From positions 130-64,129 of IMG/VR virus record IMGVR_UViG_3300044541_000019: 64,000 nucleotides of DNA. One strand, 5' to 3'. Position numbers and translations under genes: made by a program. Shown here piece after piece: positions 25,183 through 35,865 of the stretch (positions within the stretch are counted from its first letter, which is position 1; every line of letters starts with the position of its first letter). Source of the DNA: a virus. Lineage: Duplodnaviria; Caudoviricetes. Under the pieces are notes generated by a model, which searched no databases, was not told where the DNA came from, and was given only the letters and a program-made list of their open reading frames with translations.

Positions 25183-26252
25183 TGGCGGTACGCCTTACGC
25201 AGCAAGTGATTCATGTCGCCACCTTCAGTCAGCGCCATACTCCACGCCAGCTCCAACCACACATCTCCCTGCCACTCGATGACGTTGTACGAGTCATGGC
25301 GAGGATCAGGAGCAGTCGTCAGCGAGACACGTTCGAAGATTGTCTGCCGGTTAACTAGGTTTTGTGCGATCTGCTCAGCCTGGAGTATGTCTGTGATCTG
25401 GAGATCCTGTACCTCCAGGATTTCGAACCCTCTGTTCGCCACAGAATGAGGAGCTGTGGGTGGTACCGAAGCAGTACCTACCACTGGAACTGTCGCATCG
25501 GTGGCTGCGTTAGAGATCACCACGAACGTGTTAGGTGCAGTGAGTAGATCGTCAGTCTCAATGATGTTCGATCGAGTGACCTGGTTGCCGGCATCGTAAT
25601 CAAAGTCAGGGATCTTGGTGGCCGGGTCGAACGATCTGATGAATCGCATGACACCGTTGTTGTCGAACCATGGACTGAAGTAGTCACCAGACACTGACAG
25701 GGCCTCTAGCATGGAGCCTCTACCGGTGCCAATAGCCCAAGAGTTCACGGACGTCAGAGACGATGCCTCCATGACGAAGTCGATCGGCAGTCCGGCCAGG
25801 ATCAGAGCAACAACCACTGGAACCGGGCGGGGCGTAGTTCCGTCTAGGCCACTGATCCCGGTGGGGCTCTGCTGATCGACCAGGAACATCTCATCGTTGA
25901 GTGCTACCTGGCCCAGCTTGCCGCTGGTGTACTTCTGCCTCGTGAAGTCGGTGAACATGTATTTCCCCAACGGGTACGTAGCCCCGTTGGGGAACACCAT
26001 CGACACCGTGATGCGGTCACGGATCGCGTTGATAGCAGCGGTGTCCTCCGCGCCCAGCGACAGAGACAGCTGACGTTTGATGGTCCGCGTCGTGTCATGG
26101 GTCAGTGAGGCGCCACGGAGGGGATGAATCTCTCCCAGGTCTTCGCCCGTGATCCCGTCAGTGCGATGGAACGTGAACGAGGCCTGACGCTGGCCCATCC
26201 AGGGGGCCAGGTCCAGCAGCGGATCAAACGGGAACAGCGTAAGGGTCATCAC
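25179..26252 (-). CDS. minor tail / baseplate hub-like protein
   Basis: Position; YPLGKY and WFDNNG..RF motifs. Confidence 0.7.
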   Translation of the reverse strand: MMTLTLFPFDPLLDLAPWMGQRQASFTFHRTDGITGEDLGEIHPLRGASLTHDTTRTIKRQLSLSLGAEDTAAINAIRDRITVSMVFPNGATYPLGKYMFTDFTRQKYTSGKLGQVALNDEMFLVDQQSPTGISGLDGTTPRPVPVVVALILAGLPIDFVMEASSLTSVNSWAIGTGRGSMLEALSVSGDYFSPWFDNNGVMRFIRSFDPATKIPDFDYDAGNQVTRSNIIETDDLLTAPNTFVVISNAATDATVPVVGTASVPPTAPHSVANRGFEILEVQDLQITDILQAEQIAQNLVNRQTIFERVSLTTAPDPRHDSYNVIEWQGDVWLELAWSMALTEGGDMNHLLRKAYRQ

Positions 26253-29200
26253 GGATCCACGGGGGTGGGCGTATCAGTGACCTCCACGATGGCTACCGGA
26301 GCCATGTATAGGCGCCGGTCACGTTGCACATCCCCGTTAGGTACGGAGACGTTGGCGAACCATCGGTTCCCGTCCTCGTCTCGCAGGCAGATGTAGGGGA
26401 CGTTCACCCAAGCCATGTTGCGCAGGCCGGTGAAGTCCTCCAGCGTTTCTGGGGAGATGGCTGCGGCCTGGACTAGGAGGTTGCGACTGAAGTTGGTGCC
26501 GCCACGCTCCGTGGGACGGAAGGCGGTGACGTAGTCCCGGCCGTACATGGTCTGGAAGGTTTGGCCAGCAGCCTCGGGGAAGTTGAAGCTCTCGTGAACC
26601 TCTCCTTCCCAGCCGAGGCAGTAGGCCAGGTTACTGGCTCCCGACTGCACGGAGTTGGTGGTGAAGATCCAGACGTGATCGTTGGCTCCGACACTGGTGG
26701 CAGTGACGCCGGGAGCTGCGATCGTGCTGGAGATGGTGGCGGACCATGGACCTGCGAACTCCAGGACGTTCACCTTGCGGATCCGGTAGCTGGTCAGGAT
26801 CGCCACTCTGGCTTCGTAGTCGTTGAAGGTGAGGAGACCTTGGTTCGTCGCCTTCATGATCGTCTTCCAGGTGGGGTCCACTGTGTCCATGCGCTGGATC
26901 TCGGTGTACCCCAGGTCGTAGTTAGACACCGTGATGTTGTCGTACGAGATCGTCATGGCGCCAGCACCCGAAACCGATCGAGTGACAACAGTGCCAGCGT
27001 TCGGGTTAGCCACAGTGACTACCTCAAGGAGCCAGTGGTCTGGTTCAGGGTCGCCGTCCAACCAGGCCTTGCCCTTGAAACTGGAACCGAACAACTGCAG
27101 TCTCAGCTTCACTCTGGTGCCAGGAATGTACCGACCAGCGAACACGACGTTGCCTAGTTGCGTGTGCACGCCACCAACCGCACTGGACAGGAACAACTTC
27201 ACTGTTCCATCGGCAGGGAAGTTGACCTCTCCGTACAGGTGATCGCCGGCTCCGTTGTCCCGAAGCCCGATAGAGCCCCAGTGATCCAGGGTGGTAGCCG
27301 CTGTGTCCGACCAGATCTCCGCATAGGCGTTGACATTTCGCGCTGAGAACGAGGCCAGTCGCGTGATGCGGTAAGAGCCGGTGGTGGACAGTAGGACATT
27401 GCCAACGGAACCGTTCACAGAGAAGTCCGTAGCCGATCCACCAGTTGCCGTCCAGGCCTGCCCGCCCGTGGACGTACCCCAGCCACTGGCTACGACCCTG
27501 GAGAACACGTCCGTCATCTGGTTCACGGTGTCGAGGCCCCAGGCCAGCTGGTTGTACGCAATCTGGCTAGGAATGAAGGCAGGGTTGATGCCACAGTTCA
27601 GACCGATGCCAGACACAGCCTGGTTCAGCTGCGTGATACCGAACCCAGACACAGCCGCAGAGTCCTGGCTGAACATGAGTACCGCGTCAGCGCTCATGTC
27701 ATCAGTTGGCTGGAGGATAGTTAGGTCGTCGAACACCATGGACTGCGGCAACGTGTTGGTGTTGCCTGCAGTGATGAATGATGCAATGCGGATTGATCCA
27801 GCACCCGGTAGAGCCCCATCGAACACAGTGAGAAGCCAAGCTGTTGGTTCAGGCGTACCTCCAGTAGTAAGCCAGCCCTTCGCTTGCAAGGTGTTGCCAA
27901 TGATCCTGAACCTAACAGTGACGCTGTTAGGCGGGACTACGCCGGGGATGACTGTGGGACCAACAAGGCCTGTTGCCACCCCGGCAACGTTTTTACCAAT
28001 AGTCAAGGTGATGGTGTTGGCAGTGGTGCGCGTAACCGTTAAACGGTAATGATTGTTTACATCGATATACCTAACATCGTGGAATGACACAAAGCTCTGG
28101 GTTAGTGGTGCTGCTCCCAAGGTGCTGTCGTCAGCGACGCGGTAGTCGATGTTTGCCTGAGGGACGATACCCAGCACGATTGAGTCGGTTGTGACCGTAG
28201 TGGTATGCACGTGCCGTGCGTCGGAACCGGTGGTGGTGAATTCAGATGTCGTGCCAGTAGCAATGGTCCAGACCTGACCGGTATCTGCGGTACCCCAGCC
28301 ATTGGCTGTGACTCTGGAGAACGTGTCTTGTATCGCGGCGTAGTTCGGCTGAGTGCCTTGGTCTGACAGCGTCCCCGGATTCCAGGTCATGTTGATAGTG
28401 GCACCGGCGTTCGGCTGGCCATAGGTTGCGTTGTACAACTGGCCAGGGAAGGTAGCCAGGGAGGAGGTGTTCCCTGGTGTCCCCGAGAGCGCCACGGCAG
28501 CAGCCCCCAGTACTTCCCATCGGTTGGCCTTCAGCTCAGAGGCAGATGACCAAATCCACTGTGGATTGGTACCAGTGCCCATGGTCGGAGCTGTTGGGAA
28601 CCTGAGGGTTACTTCCTTCCAGCCATCGATGATCGGCTGGAGGGCGTCCCACTGAGCGGGGGTGATGCTGACGTTCATCCCTGCCCCGGAGATGCTCGGC
28701 GAGGACAAGGTGAGCGGGACTGTCGTGTCACCGAATCGGCGGGCGTAGAACCGCACCTGAGGATAGGTGGATGAAGTCAGCCCGACATCGTAGATGTCTT
28801 GGGCGGCAGTGAAAGCGCCGTAGACCTGAGCAACAACCTGGGTCCCGTAGGCGTGGACCTCGGTCAGTGGCCCACTAGATGTATGCACGGACAGCTGCGG
28901 CAGGATGGGAGTCTGAATAGCTGTAAATGTCTCTCCCTCTGCCGTGTCGTCCATGGGAAACGGCAAGTTTACTTGCACACCGGGCTGGTTGGGCATCGCG
29001 TACAACTCACGGAGCGCGTTCAAGGAAGAGAAATCAGAGGTGGTTGCGGCCAGGTTGTCGTTGTTGCCGCCCACGTCAGCCGATGACAGAGTCACCGTGT
29101 AATTCCCGGCAGGGATGACGGGGTTTGCCGTGTACGACAGATCCCTGAGGGTTAGTGCGTTGACTCCGAGGAGAGTGTCCTGTCCGAATGAGGCAGAGGA

Positions 29201-30067
29201 GAACGTGGTGCCGAACTGTGCCGCACCTACAGCCAGCCTCTGTTCCTCGCAGTACAAGACTTCTAACCCGGCGTAAAACAAGAAGCAGGATGAATTGCTT
29301 GTTGACCCGGAGTTAACTGTGGTCCCCGTGGTCGCGTTCACGAATAGGCGGGTGGCTACAGTGTCCAGTCGCTTAAGTTGCGAATAGGTCCAGGGCATCC
29401 GCTCTGACACAGAGGTAGGACTGCTGGCCGTCCAAAACTGGTTGATCTCACCGAACTTGATTCTGGAGATCGTGCCCGAGTCACCGAATCTACCGAACAG
29501 GGCGAACGGGTTAGAGGGAACCACGTTGGTAGTAGTGCTCACGTACAGGGCGCTAGCGGAGGACAGTCCATTGCCGAATACGTCTGCGCTACCAGATCCA
29601 CCTAGCAGGAGGTTAACTCCCAAGATCCTTTTGCCAGTTAGCTGTGCTGTGTATTGCTCCAATGCGAAACTCATGATGACGCCAGAGTTGCCGATGTTCG
29701 TTTGCAACGAGATGCCGCTACTGCTGGACTGGGTTGACAGTGCCGCGACAGCGCTTGCGGCACTGATGACGGAGCCACCACTTACCGCCGCCGAGTTACA
29801 AGGAACAACTACTCGCTGTACAGGACCACTGAGCCCCGCCAAGCCGGATGGATAAATCGCGGCTAGGTAAGTCTGACCTCGGTCAGTGTTAGGTGGCATG
29901 TCCTTAACGTAGAACCGAGCGTCCTGCAAGGTACGACTAGCGGTAGTCGTGAAGCTGTGTCCTAGCTCAACGGCGTTAACGGCAGGAGAGAAGACGGTGG
30001 TCTCTGGCCGAATCGGCACCCACTCCTGACCCAGGATGTAGGGAATGTGAGGGTTGTAAACTCCCAT
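26249..30067 (-). CDS. large minor tail protein (1272 aa) with duplicated carbohydrate-binding-like modules
   Basis: Follows tape measure; repeated D.FSRV.A.GWGT..GQ.W modules. Confidence 0.75.
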   Translation of the reverse strand: MGVYNPHIPYILGQEWVPIRPETTVFSPAVNAVELGHSFTTTASRTLQDARFYVKDMPPNTDRGQTYLAAIYPSGLAGLSGPVQRVVVPCNSAAVSGGSVISAASAVAALSTQSSSSGISLQTNIGNSGVIMSFALEQYTAQLTGKRILGVNLLLGGSGSADVFGNGLSSASALYVSTTTNVVPSNPFALFGRFGDSGTISRIKFGEINQFWTASSPTSVSERMPWTYSQLKRLDTVATRLFVNATTGTTVNSGSTSNSSCFLFYAGLEVLYCEEQRLAVGAAQFGTTFSSASFGQDTLLGVNALTLRDLSYTANPVIPAGNYTVTLSSADVGGNNDNLAATTSDFSSLNALRELYAMPNQPGVQVNLPFPMDDTAEGETFTAIQTPILPQLSVHTSSGPLTEVHAYGTQVVAQVYGAFTAAQDIYDVGLTSSTYPQVRFYARRFGDTTVPLTLSSPSISGAGMNVSITPAQWDALQPIIDGWKEVTLRFPTAPTMGTGTNPQWIWSSASELKANRWEVLGAAAVALSGTPGNTSSLATFPGQLYNATYGQPNAGATINMTWNPGTLSDQGTQPNYAAIQDTFSRVTANGWGTADTGQVWTIATGTTSEFTTTGSDARHVHTTTVTTDSIVLGIVPQANIDYRVADDSTLGAAPLTQSFVSFHDVRYIDVNNHYRLTVTRTTANTITLTIGKNVAGVATGLVGPTVIPGVVPPNSVTVRFRIIGNTLQAKGWLTTGGTPEPTAWLLTVFDGALPGAGSIRIASFITAGNTNTLPQSMVFDDLTILQPTDDMSADAVLMFSQDSAAVSGFGITQLNQAVSGIGLNCGINPAFIPSQIAYNQLAWGLDTVNQMTDVFSRVVASGWGTSTGGQAWTATGGSATDFSVNGSVGNVLLSTTGSYRITRLASFSARNVNAYAEIWSDTAATTLDHWGSIGLRDNGAGDHLYGEVNFPADGTVKLFLSSAVGGVHTQLGNVVFAGRYIPGTRVKLRLQLFGSSFKGKAWLDGDPEPDHWLLEVVTVANPNAGTVVTRSVSGAGAMTISYDNITVSNYDLGYTEIQRMDTVDPTWKTIMKATNQGLLTFNDYEARVAILTSYRIRKVNVLEFAGPWSATISSTIAAPGVTATSVGANDHVWIFTTNSVQSGASNLAYCLGWEGEVHESFNFPEAAGQTFQTMYGRDYVTAFRPTERGGTNFSRNLLVQAAAISPETLEDFTGLRNMAWVNVPYICLRDEDGNRWFANVSVPNGDVQRDRRLYMAPVAIVEVTDTPTPVDP

Positions 30068-30069
30068 CG

Positions 30070-32151
30070 TTACAGGGTCCTAACTGCGAGTCGGGTGTTC
30101 CGTGAAGCAATCTGACTGTTAATCCCTGCTCCCACTGCCATACCGGTGGATGATGCTTCGTCTTGCGTCGGCAACGCACCACGGAAGTTCACCTGTAGTG
30201 CATTGGCTCCGAATAGGATATGCGTAGTGTTCTGGTTCACGCCGATACCACCGAGCCCGGAAGTGAAGTCGCCCAACAAAGCCTGGATGTCTCTGGCACC
30301 ACTCCGAATACCCTCTCCGAAGCCCTCCATGACTGCCCTACCTGCTGGCTCCAGAATCTTGCGGTCCTTCTCTTCTGGTCCCTTCCAATCGGGTAGCCAG
30401 CCGGTGATGTTGTTCAACAGGTTGCGTAGGGGCTGGATTCTTTCGTTGATGCCATTCATGAGGCCGTTGATCAGGTTCCGGCCTGCCTGAAGCAGGAGTC
30501 CACCAAGTTCCCCGATGGCTTTGACGATTCTGCCTGGGATGGCGTTGACTTCGGTGGTGAGGTTGTTGACCCATCTGGCGAAGTCAGCCAGAGTTCGCAG
30601 GAACCATTGCGTGACAGCCTCCCAGAACCCGGCCAAGGCCTTCACGATGCCCTCACCGATGACACTGAAGAAGTCGCCGAGGAACTTGACGCCTTCTTCG
30701 ATCTTCAGTCCGAGCCACACGATGCCATCGATGGTGTTAGGGATCGCGGTGTTGGCGAACCAGTCCACAAAGGCCTGGACCGAGGCCATCAGGAACAAGA
30801 TGGCTTCCGCCGCGAGAGCCAGTACGTAGAACGAGAGGATGGCCAGACCGATCAGCTCGTTCATGGACCGGAGGCCTGCCTCCGATGCCAGGAACGCGGT
30901 CAACATCCCCAGGATGGTGGTCAGGTTGGTGATCAGAGCATCACCACCAGCCTTGTTCAAGGTGTCCAGGAACTGGACGATGAACCCGAAGGCTGCTGCG
31001 ATGAGCGGTCCCAGCTCCTTCAACGTGGTGAACATGTCGCTCAACCAGGTCTGGAACTCTTTGGAGTTGGCGATCTCGATGAGGTTGTCACCGAGCTTGC
31101 TGAGACCCGAGTTGAGCAGATCTCCCAGTCCCATCAGGAGGGGCAGGGAAGCGTCCCCGAGCTTGATCAGACCTACGAGGAAGTTGCCGAAGGCGGGGCC
31201 GAAGTCCCGGATCCACTTCTCTGTGGTGGGGATGACTCGGGCGATGAAGTTGTGGAACTCGGGACCGGAGAACGCGGCCAGAATGGCGCTGGTGGCCTTA
31301 CCGAGGTCGGTGGCGATCTGTCCCACGTTGCGTCGCAACAGTGGGGAGATGTTGTTGATGACGTCGGTGACCGATTTGCCCAGAGCCTTGAAGAAGTTCT
31401 GCTGCGCTACCGCTTGCAGGTCTTTGAACAGACCCTTGAGTGGGAGCAGGCTCCTGACGAAGGTCTGAGCGGCCGGCTGCAGATCTACCAGAGCCTTCTT
31501 CAGCTCGGTGGCGTTGGTGGCTGCGAACGCTCCCTGGATCGCACCGCCTACACCCTTGAAGGCGAGGAACAGGACACCCGCCTGGATACCGATGGCAGCA
31601 ATCAGCGCCGGGATCGTAGTCAGGGTGGCGGCGAGTGCGTTGACGGCCTGTAGCGCGGCTCCCACGAGGCCGACGATGGCGCCGATGACGGGCACCATGG
31701 CAACGATCAGTGGGGACTTACCAGAGATGTTGAACCCAGAGCCGATGGCGTCCTGGATCGCCTGACCGATCTTGGCGAAGACTCCACTATCGCTGACGAC
31801 GCTACTGAACGCTTGCTCTACTTCCCGGGCAATACCAGTGGCAGTCTGCTTGATGAACCTGCCGTCCTTGCCACGGACGTTGTATCTCAGATTGGGCTTG
31901 AGATCGATGACTTCTTTCTCGACTGCGTCACCGATCGACTTGCCGATGGACCTGCCGTGCTTGCCTACCTCTTTCTCGACACCCTTACCGATGTGGTCGC
32001 CAATGTGGGCGCCCATCTTGTCGGCGTCTTTCTCGGTGTCCTTGCCCGCTTTGTCCAGACCACTACGGACGTCGTCATCCATCTTGGATGTCCGGGCGTG
32101 AATGTCGACCCAGGCGTCACCCAGGCTTCCTTCACCAAGAGCAGCGGTCAC
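30070..32151 (-). CDS. tape measure protein, 693 aa
   Basis: LGDAWVDI N-terminus; Ala/Gly/Leu helical repeats; DWKGP.EKD..IL..AG C-terminus. Confidence 0.9.
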   Translation of the reverse strand: MTAALGEGSLGDAWVDIHARTSKMDDDVRSGLDKAGKDTEKDADKMGAHIGDHIGKGVEKEVGKHGRSIGKSIGDAVEKEVIDLKPNLRYNVRGKDGRFIKQTATGIAREVEQAFSSVVSDSGVFAKIGQAIQDAIGSGFNISGKSPLIVAMVPVIGAIVGLVGAALQAVNALAATLTTIPALIAAIGIQAGVLFLAFKGVGGAIQGAFAATNATELKKALVDLQPAAQTFVRSLLPLKGLFKDLQAVAQQNFFKALGKSVTDVINNISPLLRRNVGQIATDLGKATSAILAAFSGPEFHNFIARVIPTTEKWIRDFGPAFGNFLVGLIKLGDASLPLLMGLGDLLNSGLSKLGDNLIEIANSKEFQTWLSDMFTTLKELGPLIAAAFGFIVQFLDTLNKAGGDALITNLTTILGMLTAFLASEAGLRSMNELIGLAILSFYVLALAAEAILFLMASVQAFVDWFANTAIPNTIDGIVWLGLKIEEGVKFLGDFFSVIGEGIVKALAGFWEAVTQWFLRTLADFARWVNNLTTEVNAIPGRIVKAIGELGGLLLQAGRNLINGLMNGINERIQPLRNLLNNITGWLPDWKGPEEKDRKILEPAGRAVMEGFGEGIRSGARDIQALLGDFTSGLGGIGVNQNTTHILFGANALQVNFRGALPTQDEASSTGMAVGAGINSQIASRNTRLAVRTL

Positions 32152-32190
32152 AGCCTCATGGTACGGACCAAAGCGGGCAAGATGGTACTA

Positions 32191-32796
32191 CTACTCCCCA
32201 GCCATGGCCAAGAAGGCATCTCCCGATATTTCAAGTTCTTCTGGTTTAGGTCCCCAGCCCTCTGGAGCCATCTCCAGCTTCATCAGAAACATGGTGCGTT
32301 TGCTGTCCTCGATAGCGCGCACCATGAGAAGAAACAGAGCATCCAGCCATGCTGCTAGGGGCGCGGTGGAGGCGTCTACCTTCTCCGCCATATCCCCGCC
32401 GAGAGCGTCCCAGCTATGTCGAGCGACCGTTATAAGACGTAATGCCACCCACCAGGGGCGCCCGGAGACCTGGCTGACAATCTCCAATCCGAGTCCCTGG
32501 GAGTCCTCCAGCGCAAGATTCCCGTGGTGCAGAAGGCCCTCCACATACTGCCTGTCTTCCTCGCCCAGCATCCCCGGGAACACGTCATCGGCAATGAAGG
32601 TGTCGGACATCAGAACGTGGAGCCAATCAGCCGCACACATGGCCGGGATGGTGAGGTCTTCACCAGCTACCTCCACGATCACGGGCCACTGTTTCAGTGA
32701 CCAGACCGGATCAGTGACCAGTGAAGGTAGCTGGATCTGCCCTGCCGAGGCGGGTGAATCAGGTAGTTCAGGACTTGCTGCGCGGTGGCCGACCAC
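32191..32796 (-). CDS. tail assembly chaperone, downstream part (start uncertain)
   Basis: Position before tape measure; overlaps upstream chaperone. Confidence 0.6.
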   Translation of the reverse strand: MVGHRAASPELPDSPASAGQIQLPSLVTDPVWSLKQWPVIVEVAGEDLTIPAMCAADWLHVLMSDTFIADDVFPGMLGEEDRQYVEGLLHHGNLALEDSQGLGLEIVSQVSGRPWWVALRLITVARHSWDALGGDMAEKVDASTAPLAAWLDALFLLMVRAIEDSKRTMFLMKLEMAPEGWGPKPEELEISGDAFLAMAGE

Positions 32797-33109
32797 GGCG
32801 CACCACCGGCTTCTTTACCTCGGTCTCGCCAAACGCGGTAAGGAAGGCGAGGAAGTCCTTCAGCTCAAGCTCACCCTTACGCACCAGGCCCAGTACGTAG
32901 GCCTTGTCTTCAGCTTGCACGATGGCTGACTCGAAGGCGTCCAGAATCCAGGCCCCGGCCTGTACCTTCGCCGCTGGTTCGACGTCATCCTTGGCTAGGA
33001 GTTGAGCGTCTCGGCTCATCAGGAGAAGTTGAGCGTCCTTTAGTTGCTTGACGACAATGGTTCGGCCTTTAACGTCGACGAGACGAGTTTCGGTTCCTGG
33101 ATCGGTCAT
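32768..33109 (-). CDS. tail assembly chaperone
   Basis: Position and size. Confidence 0.6.
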   Translation of the reverse strand: MTDPGTETRLVDVKGRTIVVKQLKDAQLLLMSRDAQLLAKDDVEPAAKVQAGAWILDAFESAIVQAEDKAYVLGLVRKGELELKDFLAFLTAFGETEVKKPVVRRGRPPRSKS

Positions 33110-33110
33110 G

Positions 33111-33557
33111 TCAGGAATCGTAGATCACGACTTTCATGTTGTGGCGGGCCGCTGCCAGTGCCAGCGGCCGGCGCAGGTAGCCCTTGCCCTTCTGGCCGGG
33201 GTGATTGACTCGTCTGAACCAGACAGTCCTGCCCACCTTGCGCCAATAGAACTTTAGGTACCTTCTGGGTGGATGAGGGAAGATATGGTGGCGTTTCGCC
33301 CCACCCTCTACCGAGGCAGCGTAGGGGTATTTGCGGCCAGAGATACCCACCCGGCCGACGACTTCGTAGGGACCGTACTGAATCCTGTCTTCCAAGCCTC
33401 TGATGAGGTGACCGGTGGTGTATGGACCAGTGGCCAGGATTCGCTCAGCCCCACCATGGACCTCGCGCACGACTTTCGTGATCAGACGACGTCCTGCTTC
33501 AATTGATTGGACTTGTATTTGGAACCGATCGATGCGAACGGTGTAACCAGCGGCCAT
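33111..33557 (-). CDS. HK97 gp10-like neck/tail completion protein
   Basis: YAASVEGG...H.I.P....L.F.W....V....VNHPG.KG..YLRRPL. Confidence 0.75.
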   Translation of the reverse strand: MAAGYTVRIDRFQIQVQSIEAGRRLITKVVREVHGGAERILATGPYTTGHLIRGLEDRIQYGPYEVVGRVGISGRKYPYAASVEGGAKRHHIFPHPPRRYLKFYWRKVGRTVWFRRVNHPGQKGKGYLRRPLALAAARHNMKVVIYDS

Positions 33558-33685
33558 TTGTCCACCAGCCTTGCGTAGTCGTTGGCGATGAGGTGAGCCC
33601 AGCGCTCATCGAGTACTACACAGATGGTGTCACCTTCCGCGAACACCTCGAAAGATTTCAGGATGACGAGGTTCGCGACCCACAT
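33482..33685 (-). CDS. small hypothetical protein
   Basis: Coupled to upstream stop, but overlaps the downstream gene by 76 bp. Confidence 0.35.
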   Translation of the reverse strand: MWVANLVILKSFEVFAEGDTICVVLDERWAHLIANDYARLVDKWPLVTPFASIGSKYKSNQLKQDVV

Positions 33686-34239
33686 CAGCAGACGCAATCC
33701 AGGTTCGGGAACTGCACTGTGATGGTGAAGTAGCGCTCCGTGCAGCCCCCATTGGGGGTGACCTGAGTCTGTCGATTGATGACCACCGACATGCCCGCGT
33801 ACATACCCGTGGAGCTGGTGACGAAGTTACGGAAGCAGCACGCCACCTGACGTAGCGCCTGTGCGTCGTGCAAGTTTTGGACCGCTGCAGCAGTCCACTC
33901 AGCATCAGTGGGCGGTTCGCCGTCCTCGCTGCCAACAGGAGAGCATCTGATGATGCCCAGCTTAAAATCCTGTGCCCAGAAGCCAGGAGGGCAGTTGCCT
34001 CGGACCTGACGAATGATGTCCTGGTCCGGGAAGCTGTTGTCGGAGACCCAGGTGTCACCGAGGGAGATGTAGGCCAGACCCTCGCAGCAGTAGTCGGTCC
34101 ACTGCCCCATGTCGTAGGTGATCTCAGGGCCGATGCGTGGAGCGCAGTGCCGTGGAGGCCCCACCATGGCGCTGGTGACGGTGCAGAGACAGCTCAGTGC
34201 TGCTGCGTGCAATGCGGCCACTGGGTCAAGAAGGGCCAT
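33685..34239 (-). CDS. head-tail connector / tail terminator-like protein
   Basis: Position; Cys-rich actinophage type (CCEGLAY, GIIRC, GGC). Confidence 0.65.
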   Translation of the reverse strand: MALLDPVAALHAAALSCLCTVTSAMVGPPRHCAPRIGPEITYDMGQWTDYCCEGLAYISLGDTWVSDNSFPDQDIIRQVRGNCPPGFWAQDFKLGIIRCSPVGSEDGEPPTDAEWTAAAVQNLHDAQALRQVACCFRNFVTSSTGMYAGMSVVINRQTQVTPNGGCTERYFTITVQFPNLDCVC

Positions 34240-35099
34240 CAGAACGTCCAGGTAGTCTCACGGATCGTCGGCAGGTCCGGGGAAGAGATCTGCATACGAG
34301 ACGGCAGCCGGCCAGGGTTAAAACGTTGAATCAACGAATCGACCGTGGTCAGGCCAGTTAAACCGTTCTGCAAGAGCTGGTCCACATCCGCAAGACTGAT
34401 CGACACTCCCTGCCGAGCAATGCTCGTCACCCTCTGCGGCAGACGACAGACTGCTCCCGTGCAGTTCTTGATCCATTCGCAGGCCAACTCCCCCGCTGCC
34501 CTCTGAAGTACGGCAGGGACAGCTATCCCCCATAGGTACGTCACCTCCCACGCAGTTTTGTTACCGGGCGCAAGAGCACCAGTGACGGGATAGTCGTAGT
34601 CGTTGTCGCGGGGCCAGCACCCGTTCGTAGCGTTGAGGCCGGGACCTTGACGGACCAGCCATTGCCAGTCATCGACTCGATACGTCGCCGGGTCAACCAC
34701 CGTGCCGTCACCGTAGCGAACTTCAACGATCCCGGAGACTGGGGGCGTGAGCCAGATCTGGCACTGGGGGATACATCGCCGGCATCCTGGCCCGGTGCCG
34801 CACCAGCAGTTTCGCCAGACTCCATCGAGGATGTAGGGGAACCAGGTCCCCTCAGACCAGTAATAGCCGGACCCCCAACCAAGGTTGTCCGCGCAGTCCT
34901 TGCCACATGGCCGAACGGTCCGGCGGCAAGCACCGAACCGGCGGCCGGTAGCCGCCCAAACGGATAACGCACCGTACTCGGCAGCAGCGGTTTGTGTGGC
35001 AATGTCTGTCGTGCTCCAGATGTCGCAGCAGCTGGTGTCAACGAACCAGTTGCAGGGCAGGCCGGGAGTCGAGCTGGTGAACACTGTCATGCCAGTCAA
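34239..35099 (-). CDS. head-to-tail adaptor
   Basis: AAGELACE...CRLPQRV.SI.RQGVS...GLTGL..VD. Confidence 0.75.
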   Translation of the reverse strand: MTGMTVFTSSTPGLPCNWFVDTSCCDIWSTTDIATQTAAAEYGALSVWAATGRRFGACRRTVRPCGKDCADNLGWGSGYYWSEGTWFPYILDGVWRNCWCGTGPGCRRCIPQCQIWLTPPVSGIVEVRYGDGTVVDPATYRVDDWQWLVRQGPGLNATNGCWPRDNDYDYPVTGALAPGNKTAWEVTYLWGIAVPAVLQRAAGELACEWIKNCTGAVCRLPQRVTSIARQGVSISLADVDQLLQNGLTGLTTVDSLIQRFNPGRLPSRMQISSPDLPTIRETTWTF

Positions 35100-35145
35100 C
35101 TCGACTCCCCTTCCTACTTAACGCAACCCATCTTGCACGCTCAGA

Positions 35146-35865
35146 CTAGCTGGGGATCAAGCTGGCGAGCGTGGTGCAGCCACATGCGGAGGTAGGTGGT
35201 GCCAGCCTGGACAGGAACATCCGGTGATGCTGGGTACTCAGGATCGGTGTCAGTAGCGGGATCGGCGTGTTCAGGTTGGCGACCGCATCGGACAGGTCGA
35301 CGTTGTACGGCCCGGTGCCCCAGAGCGAGTTGGAGCGGGTACGTGCGTTGACCGTGAAGCTGGCCGCACCGTTCTCGTAGGTGAGGTCACCAACCGTGCC
35401 CTCGATGACCCACGGGAACAGGACGTAGCCGTAGTCCACGCCACCAGTACACGGGGCGCCACCAGTGAGGCCGGTGACTCGGGTCCAGCCCTCCAGGGCG
35501 AAGGACGCCTGAGTCGCGGTGTTCTCCTGGGTGCTCCAACCGGTGGCCCGGGGGGAGGCGGCGTTGTCCAGTACCAGGGGCTCGGCCGTCATGATGTTGA
35601 CGAGTTCCGGGTCCACGTTGCACAAGGTGATGACCAGGTTGATCCACTTCAGGATGGGTGGGTTGGTCTCCTTGACGCAGAAGACACCATCACCGTTCTT
35701 GACGAAGAACTCCTGACGCGCCTCGTACTCCTTCGTCATGGCGATGGAGATGATGCCGTCAGAGACCACAGTGGAACAGCCGGTGACGGGCTGGCCACAG
35801 TTGACATCGATCTTGGTCGCCCGGATCCGAGGAATCTTGAACGGGGTATAGCAAACAGAGGTCAT
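35146..35865 (-). CDS. major tail protein
   Basis: Position; RAT..D..CG.P...SDG and GPYNV motifs. Confidence 0.75.
   Translation of the reverse strand: MTSVCYTPFKIPRIRATKIDVNCGQPVTGCSTVVSDGIISIAMTKEYEARQEFFVKNGDGVFCVKETNPPILKWINLVITLCNVDPELVNIMTAEPLVLDNAASPRATGWSTQENTATQASFALEGWTRVTGLTGGAPCTGGVDYGYVLFPWVIEGTVGDLTYENGAASFTVNARTRSNSLWGTGPYNVDLSDAVANLNTPIPLLTPILSTQHHRMFLSRLAPPTSACGCTTLASLIPS

Noticed and set aside
30146-32929. Plus-strand ORFs opposite the tape measure and chaperone genes (30607..31653, 32102..32929)
   Set aside because: Antisense shadow ORFs with no independent signals
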